NCBI GenBank assembly: GCA_903831455.1
Contig: CAIKXV010000029.1
Location: forward strand, 1,340-65,339
DNA from: an uncultured Pseudomonadota bacterium
GTDB lineage: Bacteria > Pseudomonadota > Gammaproteobacteria > Burkholderiales > CAIKXV01
DNA: 64,000 nt
Direction of reading: 5' to 3'
Translations under genes and position numbers: made by a program
Part shown: positions 45,666 to 62,406 of the stretch, in pieces
Position numbering within the stretch: the stretch's first letter is position 1
How the letters are laid out: every line of letters begins with the position of its first letter
The notes under the pieces: model-generated
Database searches by the model: none
What the model saw: only the letters and a program-made list of their open reading frames with translations
What the model was told of the DNA's origin: nothing

Positions 45666-46295
45666 ATGAACCTAGACGAACTCCGCAGGCTGGACCCCAA
45701 GAACGCCGGTTCCTGGCCGCTCCCGATCCAGCTCGCCACGCTGCTGCTGATCGCGGTGCTGGTCATCGCCGCCGGCTTCTGGTTCGACTGGCGCAACCAG
45801 CTCTCCGAATTCGACTCGCTGCGCGAGCGCGAGTCCGCGCTGCGCACCGCGTTCGTCGACAAGAAACGACAGGCCGTCAACCTGCCGATCTACCAGGCCC
45901 AGCTCAAGGACATCGAACAGTCCTTCGGCGTGCTGCTGCGGCAGCTGCCGAACCGCTCCGAGATGGACGCGCTGCTCACCGACATCAACCAGGCAGGCCT
46001 GGGCCGCGGGCTTCAGTTCGAACTGTTCCGGCCGGCACCGCAGGAGAGGTTCTCCGAGTTCTACGCGGAACTGCCGATCAACATCCGCGTGTCGGGCAGC
46101 TACCAGGATCTCGGGCAGTTCGCCGCCGACATCGCGCGCCTGCCCCGCATCGTCACCCTGAACGACGTGTCCGTGAGCACCGGCCGCGACGGGCAGCTCA
46201 GCATGGAAGCGATCGCCAAGACCTTCCGCTACCTCGACGACAACGAGCTGGCACAGCAGAGGAAGGCGGCCCAGGCCGCCGCCAAGAAGAAATGA
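45666..46295 (+). CDS. pilO: Type IV pilus assembly protein PilO
   Basis: A TM segment and coiled coil are followed by FYAELPINIRVSGSYQDLGQFAADIARLPRIVTLNDVS. Confidence 0.9.
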   Translation: MNLDELRRLDPKNAGSWPLPIQLATLLLIAVLVIAAGFWFDWRNQLSEFDSLRERESALRTAFVDKKRQAVNLPIYQAQLKDIEQSFGVLLRQLPNRSEMDALLTDINQAGLGRGLQFELFRPAPQERFSEFYAELPINIRVSGSYQDLGQFAADIARLPRIVTLNDVSVSTGRDGQLSMEAIAKTFRYLDDNELAQQRKAAQAAAKKK

Positions 46296-46840
46296 GCGCC
46301 ACGGATCGCCTGCTCAGACGGTTGACCCCGCTCGCCATCGGATTGGCCATGGTGGGTTGCGGATCCGGCCAGTACGACGACCTTCGCCAGTTCGTGAACG
46401 AGCCCGGCGACACCTCCGGCGCGCGCGCGCGCGTCGATCCGCTGCCGCGAGTCGAACCCTACCAGGCGGCCACGTTCGTCGCCGCCGAGATCGAGGATCC
46501 CTTCCGCCCGCGCAAGGTCGAGCCCGCCCGTGCCGCGAAGGGCAACCTGCAGCCCGACCTGAACCGCCGGCGCGAGCCCCTCGAGGCCTTCCCGCTCGAC
46601 AACCTCCGGATGGTGGGCACGCTGCAGCAGGGCAAGCAGATGTTCGCGCTGATCCGCACCCCCGACAACAACCTGTTCAGGGTCCGGGTGAACAACTACA
46701 TGGGCCAGAATTTCGGACTGATCCAGGAGATCTCCGATTCTGGCGTGAAGCTCAAGGAACTCGTGCAGGACGGCAACGGCGAATGGACGGAGCGCGTCTC
46801 CTCGCTGATGCTCCAGGACGAAACGGAGACCAAGCGATGA
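46292..46840 (+). CDS. pilP: Type IV pilus assembly lipoprotein PilP
   Basis: A lipobox is present (LAMVGCGS). DPFRP..LEAFPLDNLRMVGTL..ALIRTPDNNLFRVRVNNYMGQNFG. There is an ATGA overlap with pilO. Confidence 0.9.
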   Translation: MSATDRLLRRLTPLAIGLAMVGCGSGQYDDLRQFVNEPGDTSGARARVDPLPRVEPYQAATFVAAEIEDPFRPRKVEPARAAKGNLQPDLNRRREPLEAFPLDNLRMVGTLQQGKQMFALIRTPDNNLFRVRVNNYMGQNFGLIQEISDSGVKLKELVQDGNGEWTERVSSLMLQDETETKR

Positions 46841-49020
46841 ATTACCCCACACGACGCCTCGCATCTCCCCTCGCCCGCACCGCCTCGCGGCTCGCGTCGA
46901 TCCTCGGCGCGGTGCTGCTTGCACTGGCAACCCCGCTGGCCTTCGCCCAGGCCACAGCGGCCACGACGGCCAACGCGATCCAGTCCGTCAGCGCCGCCAC
47001 GACCCAGGGCGGAAACGTGCTGGTCCGCATCACCCTGAAAGAGGCGCCGAAGGCGCTGCCACCCGGCTTCCAGATCACCAACCCGTCGCGACTGGCCTTC
47101 GACTTCGCCGACACCGGCAATGCGACCGGTCGCGGCGCGCAGGAAGTCGCCCAGGGGGATCTGCGCAGCTTCAACCTGGTCCAGGTGGGCAACCGCACCC
47201 GGCTCGTGCTCAACCTCACCCGCACCGTGCCGTACGAGGCCAGCATCGACGGCAACACGATCGTGCTCGCGCTCCAGGGGGCGGGCGGCGTCGCGGTCGG
47301 ATCGACCACCGCGCCCGGGCGATTTGCCGAGGATACGTCCGGCGTCAGCCGCCAGCACCGGGTGCTCAACATCGATTTCCGCCGCTCGCCCGAGGGCGCT
47401 GGCAACGTGGTCATCGACCTCGCCGACAACAACACCGGCATCGACGTACGTACGCAGGGACGCAACATCATCGTCGAACTGCCCCGCACCCAGATGCCCG
47501 CCCACCTGCAGCGGCGGCTCGATGTGACCGACTTCGCGACGCCGGTGCAATTCGTCAGCGCGCAGCAGGTCGGCGAGATGGTCCGCCTCGAGGTCACGCC
47601 GCGCGGGCAGTGGGAGCAGTCGGCCTACCAGGCGGACAGTCGCTTCATCCTCGAGGTGAAGCCGGTGGTCGAGGATCCCACCCGACTCGGCGGCGGACAG
47701 CGCCGCTACACCGGCGAGAAACTGTCGCTCAACTTCCAGAACGTCGAAGTCCGCGCCGTGCTGCAGGTGCTCGCCGACTTCACCGGCCTGAACATCATCA
47801 CCAGCGACTCGGTGTCGGGCAGCGTCACCCTGCGACTGCGCGACGTGCCCTGGGACCAGGCGATGGACATCATCCTGCAGGCCAAGGGGCTGGACCTGCG
47901 GCGCAGCGGCAACGTCATGTGGATCGCCCCGCGCGACGAACTCGCCACGCGCGACAAGCTGGAGGCGGAGTCCCGGCAGCAGATCGCCGATCTCGAGCCG
48001 GTGCGCACCGAGACCTTCCAGCTCAACTACGCCCGCGCCGACGCCTTCCAGAAGATCCTCACCGATCCCCAGCAGCGGGTGCTGTCGCGTCGCGGCAGCG
48101 CGGTGATCGACCAGCGCACGAACACGCTGTTCATCCAGGACACGCCGAGCAAGCTCGAGGAAATGCGCCGACTGGTCCGGCAGGTCGACGTTCCCGTGCG
48201 ACAGGTAATGATCGAGGCGCGCGTGGTCGAAGCGGCCGACACCTTCTCGCGCAACCTCGGCGCCCGGCTGGGCGTGTTCGACCGGCGACCGGGCGGGGCC
48301 ACGCTGGGGTCCAGCGCCCGCCTGTCCGTCGGCGGCCAGCTCGAGTCCAGCGGCTTCCTGACCGGTCAGATCGCCACTCCGATCCCGACGCTCACGCAGA
48401 GCCTCGGCGTTTCGCTGCCGGCGCAGAACATCGGCGGCGCGCGGCCCGGCGCGATGTCGGTCATCGTGTTCAACGACACCTCCACCCGCTTCCTCAACCT
48501 CGAGGTGCAGGCCCTGCAGGCCGAGGGGCGCGGGCGCATCGTGTCCAGCCCGCGCGTGATCACCGCCGACCAGATCGAGGCCACGATCGAGCAGGGTACG
48601 GAAATCCCGTTCCAGCAGGCGACCGCCAGCGGTGCCACCGCGGTCCAGTTCAAGAAGGCCACGCTGTCCCTCAAGGTACGTCCGCAGATCACGCCTGACG
48701 GCAACGTGATCATGACCCTCAACGTGAACAACGACAGCGTCGGCCAGAACACGCAGTCGGGACCGGCGATCAACACCCGCCAGATCAGCACCCAGGTCCT
48801 CGTCGAGAACGGCGGAACCGTGGTGATCGGCGGCATCTACACCCAGGACACCCGGCAGACCGTCAACAAGGTGCCGGTGCTGGGCGACATCCCGTTCGTG
48901 GGCTTCCTGTTCCGGGATCGCGCGATCGTCGACGACAAGCGTGAACTGCTGATCTTCGTCACGCCACGGGTCCTCAACGACCGGCTGTCCTCCCTGCTGC
49001 GGCGTCCATCGCTGCTCTGA
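46837..49020 (+). CDS. pilQ: Type IV pilus secretin PilQ
   Basis: A signal peptide and AMIN-like N-domains are followed by the secretin C-domain (..VENGGTVVIGGIY..VPVLGDIPFVGFLFR..ELLIFVTPRV). Confidence 0.95.
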   Translation: MNYPTRRLASPLARTASRLASILGAVLLALATPLAFAQATAATTANAIQSVSAATTQGGNVLVRITLKEAPKALPPGFQITNPSRLAFDFADTGNATGRGAQEVAQGDLRSFNLVQVGNRTRLVLNLTRTVPYEASIDGNTIVLALQGAGGVAVGSTTAPGRFAEDTSGVSRQHRVLNIDFRRSPEGAGNVVIDLADNNTGIDVRTQGRNIIVELPRTQMPAHLQRRLDVTDFATPVQFVSAQQVGEMVRLEVTPRGQWEQSAYQADSRFILEVKPVVEDPTRLGGGQRRYTGEKLSLNFQNVEVRAVLQVLADFTGLNIITSDSVSGSVTLRLRDVPWDQAMDIILQAKGLDLRRSGNVMWIAPRDELATRDKLEAESRQQIADLEPVRTETFQLNYARADAFQKILTDPQQRVLSRRGSAVIDQRTNTLFIQDTPSKLEEMRRLVRQVDVPVRQVMIEARVVEAADTFSRNLGARLGVFDRRPGGATLGSSARLSVGGQLESSGFLTGQIATPIPTLTQSLGVSLPAQNIGGARPGAMSVIVFNDTSTRFLNLEVQALQAEGRGRIVSSPRVITADQIEATIEQGTEIPFQQATASGATAVQFKKATLSLKVRPQITPDGNVIMTLNVNNDSVGQNTQSGPAINTRQISTQVLVENGGTVVIGGIYTQDTRQTVNKVPVLGDIPFVGFLFRDRAIVDDKRELLIFVTPRVLNDRLSSLLRRPSLL

Positions 49021-49046
49021 TTCCAGGCCGCACGCACGTCCCGCAC

Positions 49047-49078
49047 GAAGGCCCGCCCCGGCGGGCCTTCGCGTTCGC
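49047..49078 (+). terminator. Stem-loop after pilQ (possible terminator or attenuator)
   Basis: GAAGGCCCGC-cccg-GCGGGCCTTC forms a 10-bp perfect stem, followed by GCGTTCGC. The T-tract is weak. Confidence 0.4.
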
Positions 49079-49152
49079 AGCGCCGCCGCGGGCGACGACG
49101 GCCCGGGCTGAGGGGGCGGTCGCTTCGCCGGAGAATGTCCGGCGGGCCGCGA

Positions 49153-49158
49153 TACAAT
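49153..49158 (+). promoter_or_regulatory. TACAAT -10-like hexamer 6 nt upstream of the aroK ATG
   Basis: gaTACAATcgcgccATG, with no SD possible in the 6-nt spacer. It lies downstream of the pilQ stem-loop. Confidence 0.35.
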
Positions 49159-49164
49159 CGCGCC

Positions 49165-49773
49165 ATGCCCGACGCCCTCTTCGACCCCCTTCGCGACCCG
49201 CCCCCGAATCCGTCGGGGCCGCGCGCGCGCAGCGTCTTCCTGATCGGGATGATGGGCGCCGGCAAGACATCGGTCGGGCGCCTGCTCGCGCAACGCCTGG
49301 GACGGTCGTTCGTCGACGCGGACCAGGAAATCGAGGCGCGCTGCGGAGTGTCGATCCCCGTGATCTTCGAGATCGAGGGTGAGGTCGGTTTCCGCCAGCG
49401 CGAACGCGCGATGATCGACGAGCTGACCCGCAGGCCGGGCATCGTGCTGGCGACGGGCGGGGGCGCCATCCTCGCGCCTGAGAGCCGGGAGCGCCTGCGC
49501 AGTCGCGGACTGGTGGTCTACCTGCGCGCCTCCGCGGAGGAAATCTGGCAGCGCACCCGGCGCGACCGCAGCAGGCCCCTGCTGGCCACCGCCGATCCGC
49601 GCAAGCGCATCGCGGACTTGCTGGCCGAGCGCGAACCCCTGTACGCGCAGACCGCACACCTGTCCTTCGACAGCAGCCATGACAGCGTGAAGTCCACGGT
49701 CGCCCGGCTCGCGGACTGCATCGAGCTCGAGGACAGCCGGTCGACGCCGCCGATCACCGCGGGAACGCGATGA
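49165..49773 (+). CDS. aroK: Shikimate kinase
   Basis: [41 protein letters not shown]. Confidence 0.9.
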   Translation: MPDALFDPLRDPPPNPSGPRARSVFLIGMMGAGKTSVGRLLAQRLGRSFVDADQEIEARCGVSIPVIFEIEGEVGFRQRERAMIDELTRRPGIVLATGGGAILAPESRERLRSRGLVVYLRASAEEIWQRTRRDRSRPLLATADPRKRIADLLAEREPLYAQTAHLSFDSSHDSVKSTVARLADCIELEDSRSTPPITAGTR

Positions 49774-50870
49774 GCGCCATCCACGCGCGGGTCGACGTCG
49801 ATCTCGGCGATCGCAGCTATCCGATCCTCATCGGACCGGGCCTCCTGGCCGACCCCGAGGCCTGGCGCCCGTGGATGCGCGCACGGCGAGCCGCCGTGGT
49901 GACCAACGAGACCGTCGCACCGCTGTACCTGAAGGCGCTGGGCGAAGCGCTCGGGGCATGCGGTACCGCCATCGTCCCGATCGTGTTGCCCGATGGCGAA
50001 CGGTTCAAGGATGCGGCGACGCTCAACTCGGTCTTCGACCGGTTGATGGATGGCGGCTGCGACCGTCGAACGCCGATCATCGCGCTGGGCGGCGGCGTGG
50101 TGGGCGATCTCGCGGGTTTCGCGGCCGCCACCTGGCAGCGCGGGGTGCCCTTCATCCAGGTGCCCACCACCCTGCTCGCGCAGGTCGACAGCTCGGTCGG
50201 CGGCAAGACCGCGATCAACCATCCGCGCGGCAAGAACATGATCGGTGCCTTCCACCAGCCCGGGCTGGTGCTGGCCGACACCGCCACGCTCGACACGCTG
50301 CCGGCGCGGGAACTCGCCGCCGGCCTTGCCGAAGTGATCAAGTACGGCCTCATCCGCGACACCGCATTCCTGGACTGGCTGGATGCGAACCTGCCGGCCC
50401 TGCTGCGACGCGACCGCGAGGCGCTGGCCTGGGCGATCCGCCGCTCCTGCGAGCACAAGGCCGAGGTCGTCGCCCGGGACGAACGCGAGGCCGACCTGCG
50501 CGAGACCCTGAATCTCGGGCATACCTTCGGCCACGCGATCGAGACCGCGGCGGGCTACGGCAACTGGCTGCACGGCGAGGCGGTGGCGGCAGGCACGGTG
50601 CTCGCCGCCGAGATGTCCGCGCGGCTGGGCTGGCTTGCCGAGTCCGATGTCGCCCGCGTGCGGCGACTCCTCGGTGCCGCCGGCCTGCCGCTCGAAGCCC
50701 CCGCACTCGGCACCGCGGCCTACCGGGATCTGATGGCCCACGACAAGAAGGCGCGGGACGGACATATCCGCCTGGTGCTGCTGCGCGCGCTGGGCCAGGC
50801 AGTGGTCACCGGCGACTATCCCGCTCGGGTCCTCGACGCCACGCTCGAGGAGTGTACCGGCCATGCCTGA
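49770..50870 (+). CDS. aroB: 3-dehydroquinate synthase
   Basis: [62 protein letters not shown]. There is an ATGA overlap with aroK. Confidence 0.95.
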   Translation: MSAIHARVDVDLGDRSYPILIGPGLLADPEAWRPWMRARRAAVVTNETVAPLYLKALGEALGACGTAIVPIVLPDGERFKDAATLNSVFDRLMDGGCDRRTPIIALGGGVVGDLAGFAAATWQRGVPFIQVPTTLLAQVDSSVGGKTAINHPRGKNMIGAFHQPGLVLADTATLDTLPARELAAGLAEVIKYGLIRDTAFLDWLDANLPALLRRDREALAWAIRRSCEHKAEVVARDEREADLRETLNLGHTFGHAIETAAGYGNWLHGEAVAAGTVLAAEMSARLGWLAESDVARVRRLLGAAGLPLEAPALGTAAYRDLMAHDKKARDGHIRLVLLRALGQAVVTGDYPARVLDATLEECTGHA

Positions 50871-52005
50871 CTGGTCGGCGACGGCACTCGCGCCCTGGGC
50901 CGCCGATCCCCGGTCGAGCCGCGGCCGAGTGCACCCCGAGGACGCGCCCGTCGGGCGCGACGAGTACCAGCGCGACCGCGACCGCATCATCCACTCGACC
51001 GCCTTCCGCCGCCTCGAATACAAGACGCAGGTGTTCGTGAACCACGAGGGCGACCTTTTCCGCACCCGCCTCACCCACAGCCTCGAGGTCGCCCAGATCG
51101 CCCGCTCGATCGCCCGCAACCTCGGCCTCAACGAGTCGTTGACCGAGGCGATCTCGCTCGCCCACGACCTCGGCCACACGCCCTTCGGCCATGCCGGCCA
51201 GGACGCGCTCAACGAGTGCATGCGAGAGTACGGCGGCTTCGAGCACAACCTGCAGTCGTTGCGCGTGGTGGACGTCCTCGAGGAGCGCTACGCGGAGTTC
51301 GACGGACTCAACCTGACCTTCGAGGCCCGGGAGGGCATCCTCAAGCACTGCTCGCGGCGCAACGCTCGCGAGCTCGGCGCGGTAGCCGAGCGCTTTCTCG
51401 CCGGCACCCAGCCGTCCCTCGAAGCCCAGCTCGCCAACCTCGCCGACGAACTCGCCTACAACAACCACGACGTGGACGACGGGCTGCGATCCGGACTGAT
51501 CACCCTCGAGCAACTGGGCGAGGTGGGCATCTTCTCCCGCCACGCCCGAGAGGTCACGTCCCGTCACCCCGGCCTGACGGGGCGGCGCCTGATCCACGAG
51601 ACGATCCGCAGGATGATCAACTCGCTGGTGGTGGACCTCACCGCGGAGAGCCTGCGGCGGATTACGGCCGCCGGCCCGGCCTCGATCGACGAGGCCCGTC
51701 GCGCCCCGCCGCTGGTGGGGTTCAGCGACTCGATGGCCGCCGAGCACGGGGAACTGAAGCTGTTCCTGCGCGACTCGCTGTACCGGCACTACCGGGTGCT
51801 GCGCATGAGCGCCAAGGCCCGGCGGATCATCGGCGAACTGTTCCAGGCCTTCATGTCGGATCCCCGGCTGCTGCCCCCGCAGGACCAGGCCCGGGCACGG
51901 CAGGACGCTGCCCGGGCCGTCGCCGACTACATCGCCGGCATGACCGACCGCTACGCGATCCGGGAACACCGTCGCCTGTTCGGCATCGAGGAAGCCGGCG
52001 GCTGA
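50863..52005 (+). CDS. dgt: Deoxyguanosinetriphosphate triphosphohydrolase-like HD-domain protein
   Basis: [51 protein letters not shown]. Confidence 0.9.
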   Translation: MPDWSATALAPWAADPRSSRGRVHPEDAPVGRDEYQRDRDRIIHSTAFRRLEYKTQVFVNHEGDLFRTRLTHSLEVAQIARSIARNLGLNESLTEAISLAHDLGHTPFGHAGQDALNECMREYGGFEHNLQSLRVVDVLEERYAEFDGLNLTFEAREGILKHCSRRNARELGAVAERFLAGTQPSLEAQLANLADELAYNNHDVDDGLRSGLITLEQLGEVGIFSRHAREVTSRHPGLTGRRLIHETIRRMINSLVVDLTAESLRRITAAGPASIDEARRAPPLVGFSDSMAAEHGELKLFLRDSLYRHYRVLRMSAKARRIIGELFQAFMSDPRLLPPQDQARARQDAARAVADYIAGMTDRYAIREHRRLFGIEEAGG

Positions 52006-52315
52006 GCGCCGCGGCACCGGCCGGTTGATTGCTCGCCGCGCCGCCGTTGGCTAGACTACGGGGTTCGACTGGATCGATCGTCGCCCGGGTCGATTCCGCC
52101 CGCGGGCGGGCGCCCCGGACGCATGTCAGGTCCGGAACTTGCCTGTATCCCGTCCGGATGGCGCGCCTTCCTGGCTGCAGGCACAGCGCCAGCGCCGCCA
52201 CGCGGCGCGTTGCCGTCCCCGGGGCCGCACCATGCGGCCCTTGTCGTCCCCGCCGCCCGCCGGCGGCAGGATGTGCCTCCGCCCGACACCGCGGTGCCCC
52301 GTCTAGAGGTTGGCC

Positions 52316-56980
<4,665 letters not shown>

Positions 56981-57045
56981 GCGAGCTTCCCGCGAGCACT
57001 GCGATTTCGAGTTCCCACCCACCCACGGACAGACAGGCGTTCACG

Positions 57046-58530
<1,485 letters not shown>

Positions 58531-58666
58531 TCCGGCGTTCCGGTGCGAGGGGGGCCTCGCGCCGCCCGGAGCGTGTCGCCCGAAGTCTCTATACTCGGCC
58601 TGGCGCCGACACCGCCGGCGTCCGGGTCGGGCCTGTGCTCGACCTTCGAACCGCACAGGAAGACCC

Positions 58667-59737
58667 ATGGCCCCATTGCAGAACGACCGCCTGCTGCGCG
58701 CATTGCTCCGCGAACCGGTCGACATGACGCCCGTGTGGGTGATGCGCCAGGCAGGGCGCTACCTGCCCGAGTACAACGCGACCCGCAAGCGCGCCGGCAG
58801 CTTCATCTCGCTGATGAAGTCGCCGTCGATGGCCGCCGAAGTCACCCTGCAGCCCCTCGACCGTTACCGGCTCGATGCGGCGATCGTGTTCTCGGACATC
58901 CTGACCATCCCCGACGCGATGGGCCTGGGGCTCTACTTCGCCGAAGGCGAAGGACCCCGATTCGAGCGGCCGCTGCGCGACGCCGCAGCCATCGAGGCGC
59001 TGCGCCTGCCGGATCCGGACCGGGACCTGCGCTACGTGCTGGACGCGGTTGCCGAGTGTCGGCGAGGGCTCGCGGGACGCGTCCCGTTGATCGGCTTCTC
59101 CGGCAGTCCGTTCACGCTGGCCTGCTACATGATCGAGGGAGGCGGCAGCGACGACTTCGCGAGGGTCAAGCAGCTGATGTACGGCGACCCGGCGCTCATG
59201 CACCGTCTCCTGGACCTGAACGCTCGCGCGGTGGCCACCTACCTCGATGCCCAGATCGAGGCTGGAGCCCAGGCGGTCATGCTGTTCGATACCTGGGGAG
59301 GCATGCTGGCCGCTGAACGCTACCAGGCCTTCTCGCTCGCCTACCTGCAGCAGGTGGTCTCGAGCATCCGGCGCGAGGCCGACGGACGGCGGGTACCGGT
59401 GATCGTCTTCACGAAAGGCGGTGGGATCTGGCTGGAGTCCATCGCCGGGATCGGCGCCGACGCCGTCGGAATCGACTGGACCGTCGATATCGCCCAGGCA
59501 CGGCGCCGGGTCGGGGGGCAGGTCGCGCTGCAGGGCAACATGGATCCCATGGTCATGCTCACCCGCCCGGACGTCATCCGCGACGAGGTGGCGCGCATCC
59601 TGGAGGGCTTCGGGCCCGGTACCGGGCATGTGTTCAACCTCGGGCATGGCATCACGCGATTCACCCCGCCCGAGCACATGTCCGTCCTGGTCGATTCGGT
59701 CCACGAACTCAGCCAGGCCATGCACGCGCGAGGCTGA
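58667..59737 (+). CDS. hemE: Uroporphyrinogen decarboxylase
   Basis: [49 protein letters not shown]. Confidence 0.95.
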   Translation: MAPLQNDRLLRALLREPVDMTPVWVMRQAGRYLPEYNATRKRAGSFISLMKSPSMAAEVTLQPLDRYRLDAAIVFSDILTIPDAMGLGLYFAEGEGPRFERPLRDAAAIEALRLPDPDRDLRYVLDAVAECRRGLAGRVPLIGFSGSPFTLACYMIEGGGSDDFARVKQLMYGDPALMHRLLDLNARAVATYLDAQIEAGAQAVMLFDTWGGMLAAERYQAFSLAYLQQVVSSIRREADGRRVPVIVFTKGGGIWLESIAGIGADAVGIDWTVDIAQARRRVGGQVALQGNMDPMVMLTRPDVIRDEVARILEGFGPGTGHVFNLGHGITRFTPPEHMSVLVDSVHELSQAMHARG

Positions 59738-59804
59738 ACGCGCTTCCGCTTCGTCCGGACGCGCATCCTGACGAGCACGATCCGAGACGGAGCGGATCCG
59801 CGGG

Positions 59805-59813
59805 TTATGCACA
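59805..59813 (+). promoter_or_regulatory. DnaA-box-like 9-mer TTATGCACA (1 mismatch to TTATCCACA)
   Basis: Read directly. It lies in the hemE-priA intergenic region and has the same orientation as the perfect box 160 bp downstream. Confidence 0.3.
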
Positions 59814-59964
59814 GCACGCGTCGGGCCGCCGGCACTCGGCCACGGGAGACTGCCAATCCGGCGTGACACGCAAGTTGTTGATTTTCCGGATCATCAGTGG
59901 CTCCCCCATGTCGGAGCACGGTCTCTGCGGCCGAAGTTGGTACTCACGCGGGATCCGGGATGAC

Positions 59965-59973
59965 TTATCCACA
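59965..59973 (+). promoter_or_regulatory. Perfect consensus DnaA box TTATCCACA
   Basis: Read directly. It lies 66 nt upstream of the priA ATG. Both boxes extend to TTATSCACAGCA. Confidence 0.4.
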
Positions 59974-60038
59974 GCATTGCCCACAGGCCGGTGCAGCTCG
60001 AAACGGTCTGGCGCTGGCCCCGCGTGCGGAGATTTCCG

Positions 60039-62288
60039 ATGGGTGAGGATTCACTGACCGTCCAGCACCCGCCGATCGCGCGGGTCGCGCTCGACGTGCC
60101 AGTGGATCGTCTGTTCGATTATCGGAATACGGACGCAGCCACGGCGGATATCGGCCGGAAGGTCTGCGTTCCGTTCGGCCGCGGCGAGGCGATCGGTGTC
60201 CTGCTGGAACTGACCGACTCGTCCCCGATTCCGCCCGAACAGCTTCGCATGCTGCGCAGCATCGACCGGACGATCGAGCCGCTGCCGGACGACGTACTGG
60301 CCACGCTGCGCTTTGCTGCAGCGTATTACCAGCATCCGGTCGGCGCCGCGCTGGCGGTTGCCTTGCCCCCCGATCCGGGGACCGGTACGCCGCGCGCCGC
60401 ACGCCCGTCGGCGTGGCGGCTGACCGCCGCCGGCCGCGAGCACCTGGCGAGCCTGCGGCCCCGGGCGGCCCCGGTCCGCCATCGGCTCCTGTCCATGCTG
60501 GCGGCCGCCGACGCCGTCCCGGACGCCGCGCTGGCCGGCGGCGACCAGGGCGCCACGAACCGCCGGATGCTGCAGCAATGCCTGCAGCATGGATGGGTGG
60601 AACCGGTGCCCGAGGGCGCGCCGCGAGCCGACGCGATCGCACCGGCGCCGTCGGGCGTGGACTCCGGCGATGCGGTGCGGATCCCGACCGCCGGACAGGC
60701 GCGGGCCATCGCAGCCCTGGTCGCCGGCCTCGACCGGTTCGGCGTGACCCTGCTCCACGGCGTGACAGGCAGCGGCAAGACGACCGTCTACCTCGAAGTC
60801 ATGCGGCGCGCGATCGCCGCCGGTCGCCAGGCGCTGCTGCTGGTACCCGAGATCAACCTGACCCCTCAGCTCGAATCGGAGCTGCGCGACCGTCTCCAGG
60901 GCGCCCGCGTCGCCGTGCTGCACAGCGCGCTGCCCCCCCGCATCCGGCAGGCCCGGTGGCAGGCCGCCGCGCTCGGCGATGCCGACGTCGTCGTCGGCAC
61001 GCGGCTCGCGGCCTTCACCCCGCTGCCCAGGCTCGGACTGGTCGCCATCGACGAGGAACACGACGGCTCGTACAAACAGGAAGAGGGGCTGCGCTACCAC
61101 GCCCGCGACGTGCTGATCTGGCGCGCGCGCCGGCGCAACGTACCGGTGGTGCTGGGCAGCGCGACACCGTCGCTCGAGACGCTGCACAACGCCCGGCGCG
61201 GTCGCTTTTCGATCCTGGGCCTGCCCGACCGGGCCTCGGGTACCCTGCCGGCCATCAGCCTCATCGACCTGCGTCGCGAGCCGCGCGACCGGCGTCGGCT
61301 CCCGGGCCCGTCGGCTCCGCTGATGGCCGCCCTGGCGGCCCAACTCGAGCGCGGCGAACAGAGCCTCATCCTGCTGAACCGTCGCGGCTTCGCGCCGGTG
61401 ATTCGCTGCAACGCCTGCGGCTGGGTCGCCGGGTGCGACCGCTGCAGCGCGCGCATGGTCCTGCATCGCCGCGCGCAGGCCTTGCGCTGCCACCATTGCG
61501 GGCGCGACTCGCGCCCGCCCGCCCATTGCCCCGACTGCGGCAATGCCGACCTGGCCCCGATCGGACTGGGCGGCGAACGCCTCGAGGACGCGCTCGCCGG
61601 CCAGCTGCCCGGCGCACGCCTGCTGCGCGTCGACCGGGACACCATGCGCCAGCCCGCCGACTGGACGGAAGCCCGCCGGCGGGTCCGGAACGGCGAGATC
61701 GACATCCTGCTCGGGACGCAGATGCTGGCCAAGGGCCACGATTTCCCCGGGCTGACCCTGGTCGGTGTCGTCGACGCCGATTCGCTGCTCTACAGCAGCG
61801 ACTTCCGTGCACCGGAACGGCTGTTCTCGCTGCTGACCCAGGTCGCTGGCCGCGCCGGGCGCGGCCAGCGACCCGGACAGGTGCTGATCGAGACCTCCGT
61901 CCCGGAGCACCCGCTGTTCGCGGCCCTGATCGCCCACGACTTCGACGCGTTCGCCGCGGAACTGCTGGACGAGCGCCGGCCGCTGGGCCTGCCGCCGTGG
62001 GGCTCCCAGGCGATCCTGCGCGCCGATGCACCCGAACTGGACGCCGCGCTCGCATTCCTCGCGCGGGCGGTCGACTGTGCCGCCGACCTCGCCGCGACGG
62101 TCCGCGTCTACGACCCGGTTCCCGCCGTGATGGCCCGGCGCGCGGGACGTTCGCGCGCGCAACTCCTGGTCCAGTCCGACGAGCGCGGCGCCCTCCAGGG
62201 CTTCCTCGCCGCGTGGCGACCGCGGCTGGAAGCCCTCAGGCGCCAGTCGGTACGCTGGCTGATCGACGTCGATCCGCTGGAGTTGTGA
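60039..62288 (+). CDS. priA: Primosomal replication-restart helicase PriA (protein N')
   Basis: IARVALDVPVDRLFDY.., Walker A GVTGSGKT, DEEHD, and a Cys-rich Zn region CNACGWVAGCDRCSARMVLH..CHHCG..CPDCGN. Confidence 0.9.
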   Translation: MGEDSLTVQHPPIARVALDVPVDRLFDYRNTDAATADIGRKVCVPFGRGEAIGVLLELTDSSPIPPEQLRMLRSIDRTIEPLPDDVLATLRFAAAYYQHPVGAALAVALPPDPGTGTPRAARPSAWRLTAAGREHLASLRPRAAPVRHRLLSMLAAADAVPDAALAGGDQGATNRRMLQQCLQHGWVEPVPEGAPRADAIAPAPSGVDSGDAVRIPTAGQARAIAALVAGLDRFGVTLLHGVTGSGKTTVYLEVMRRAIAAGRQALLLVPEINLTPQLESELRDRLQGARVAVLHSALPPRIRQARWQAAALGDADVVVGTRLAAFTPLPRLGLVAIDEEHDGSYKQEEGLRYHARDVLIWRARRRNVPVVLGSATPSLETLHNARRGRFSILGLPDRASGTLPAISLIDLRREPRDRRRLPGPSAPLMAALAAQLERGEQSLILLNRRGFAPVIRCNACGWVAGCDRCSARMVLHRRAQALRCHHCGRDSRPPAHCPDCGNADLAPIGLGGERLEDALAGQLPGARLLRVDRDTMRQPADWTEARRRVRNGEIDILLGTQMLAKGHDFPGLTLVGVVDADSLLYSSDFRAPERLFSLLTQVAGRAGRGQRPGQVLIETSVPEHPLFAALIAHDFDAFAAELLDERRPLGLPPWGSQAILRADAPELDAALAFLARAVDCAADLAATVRVYDPVPAVMARRAGRSRAQLLVQSDERGALQGFLAAWRPRLEALRRQSVRWLIDVDPLEL

Positions 62289-62406
62289 AGATGCAGGTGC
62301 CGACCATCGGTCGAAGGGCACGGCTTCGCGGCATCCCGCATCCGTCGGGCGCAAAGTAGAATCGCGCGTCCCGCGGGCCCTGCCCGCCCCCCGCACGGTA
62401 CTCCCG

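Noticed and set aside
52040-52120. tRNA-like T-loop strings (GGTTCGAC, GGTCGATTCC) upstream of gltB; possible tRNA gene or att remnant.
   Set aside because: I could not build a complementary T-stem, acceptor stem or anticodon arm around either string. No integrase or repeat partner is nearby.
59738-60038. Chromosomal replication origin next to hemE, as in alpha-proteobacteria.
   Set aside because: There are only two DnaA boxes, no array of AT-rich 13-mer-like repeats, and no dnaA/dnaN/gidA/parAB context. I kept it as a DnaA-regulatory-site finding instead.
59863-60057. A 64-aa ORF (GTG start) spanning the priA upstream region.
   Set aside because: It has no RBS, overlaps the priA start in another frame, and has no recognisable features. 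It is probably spurious.
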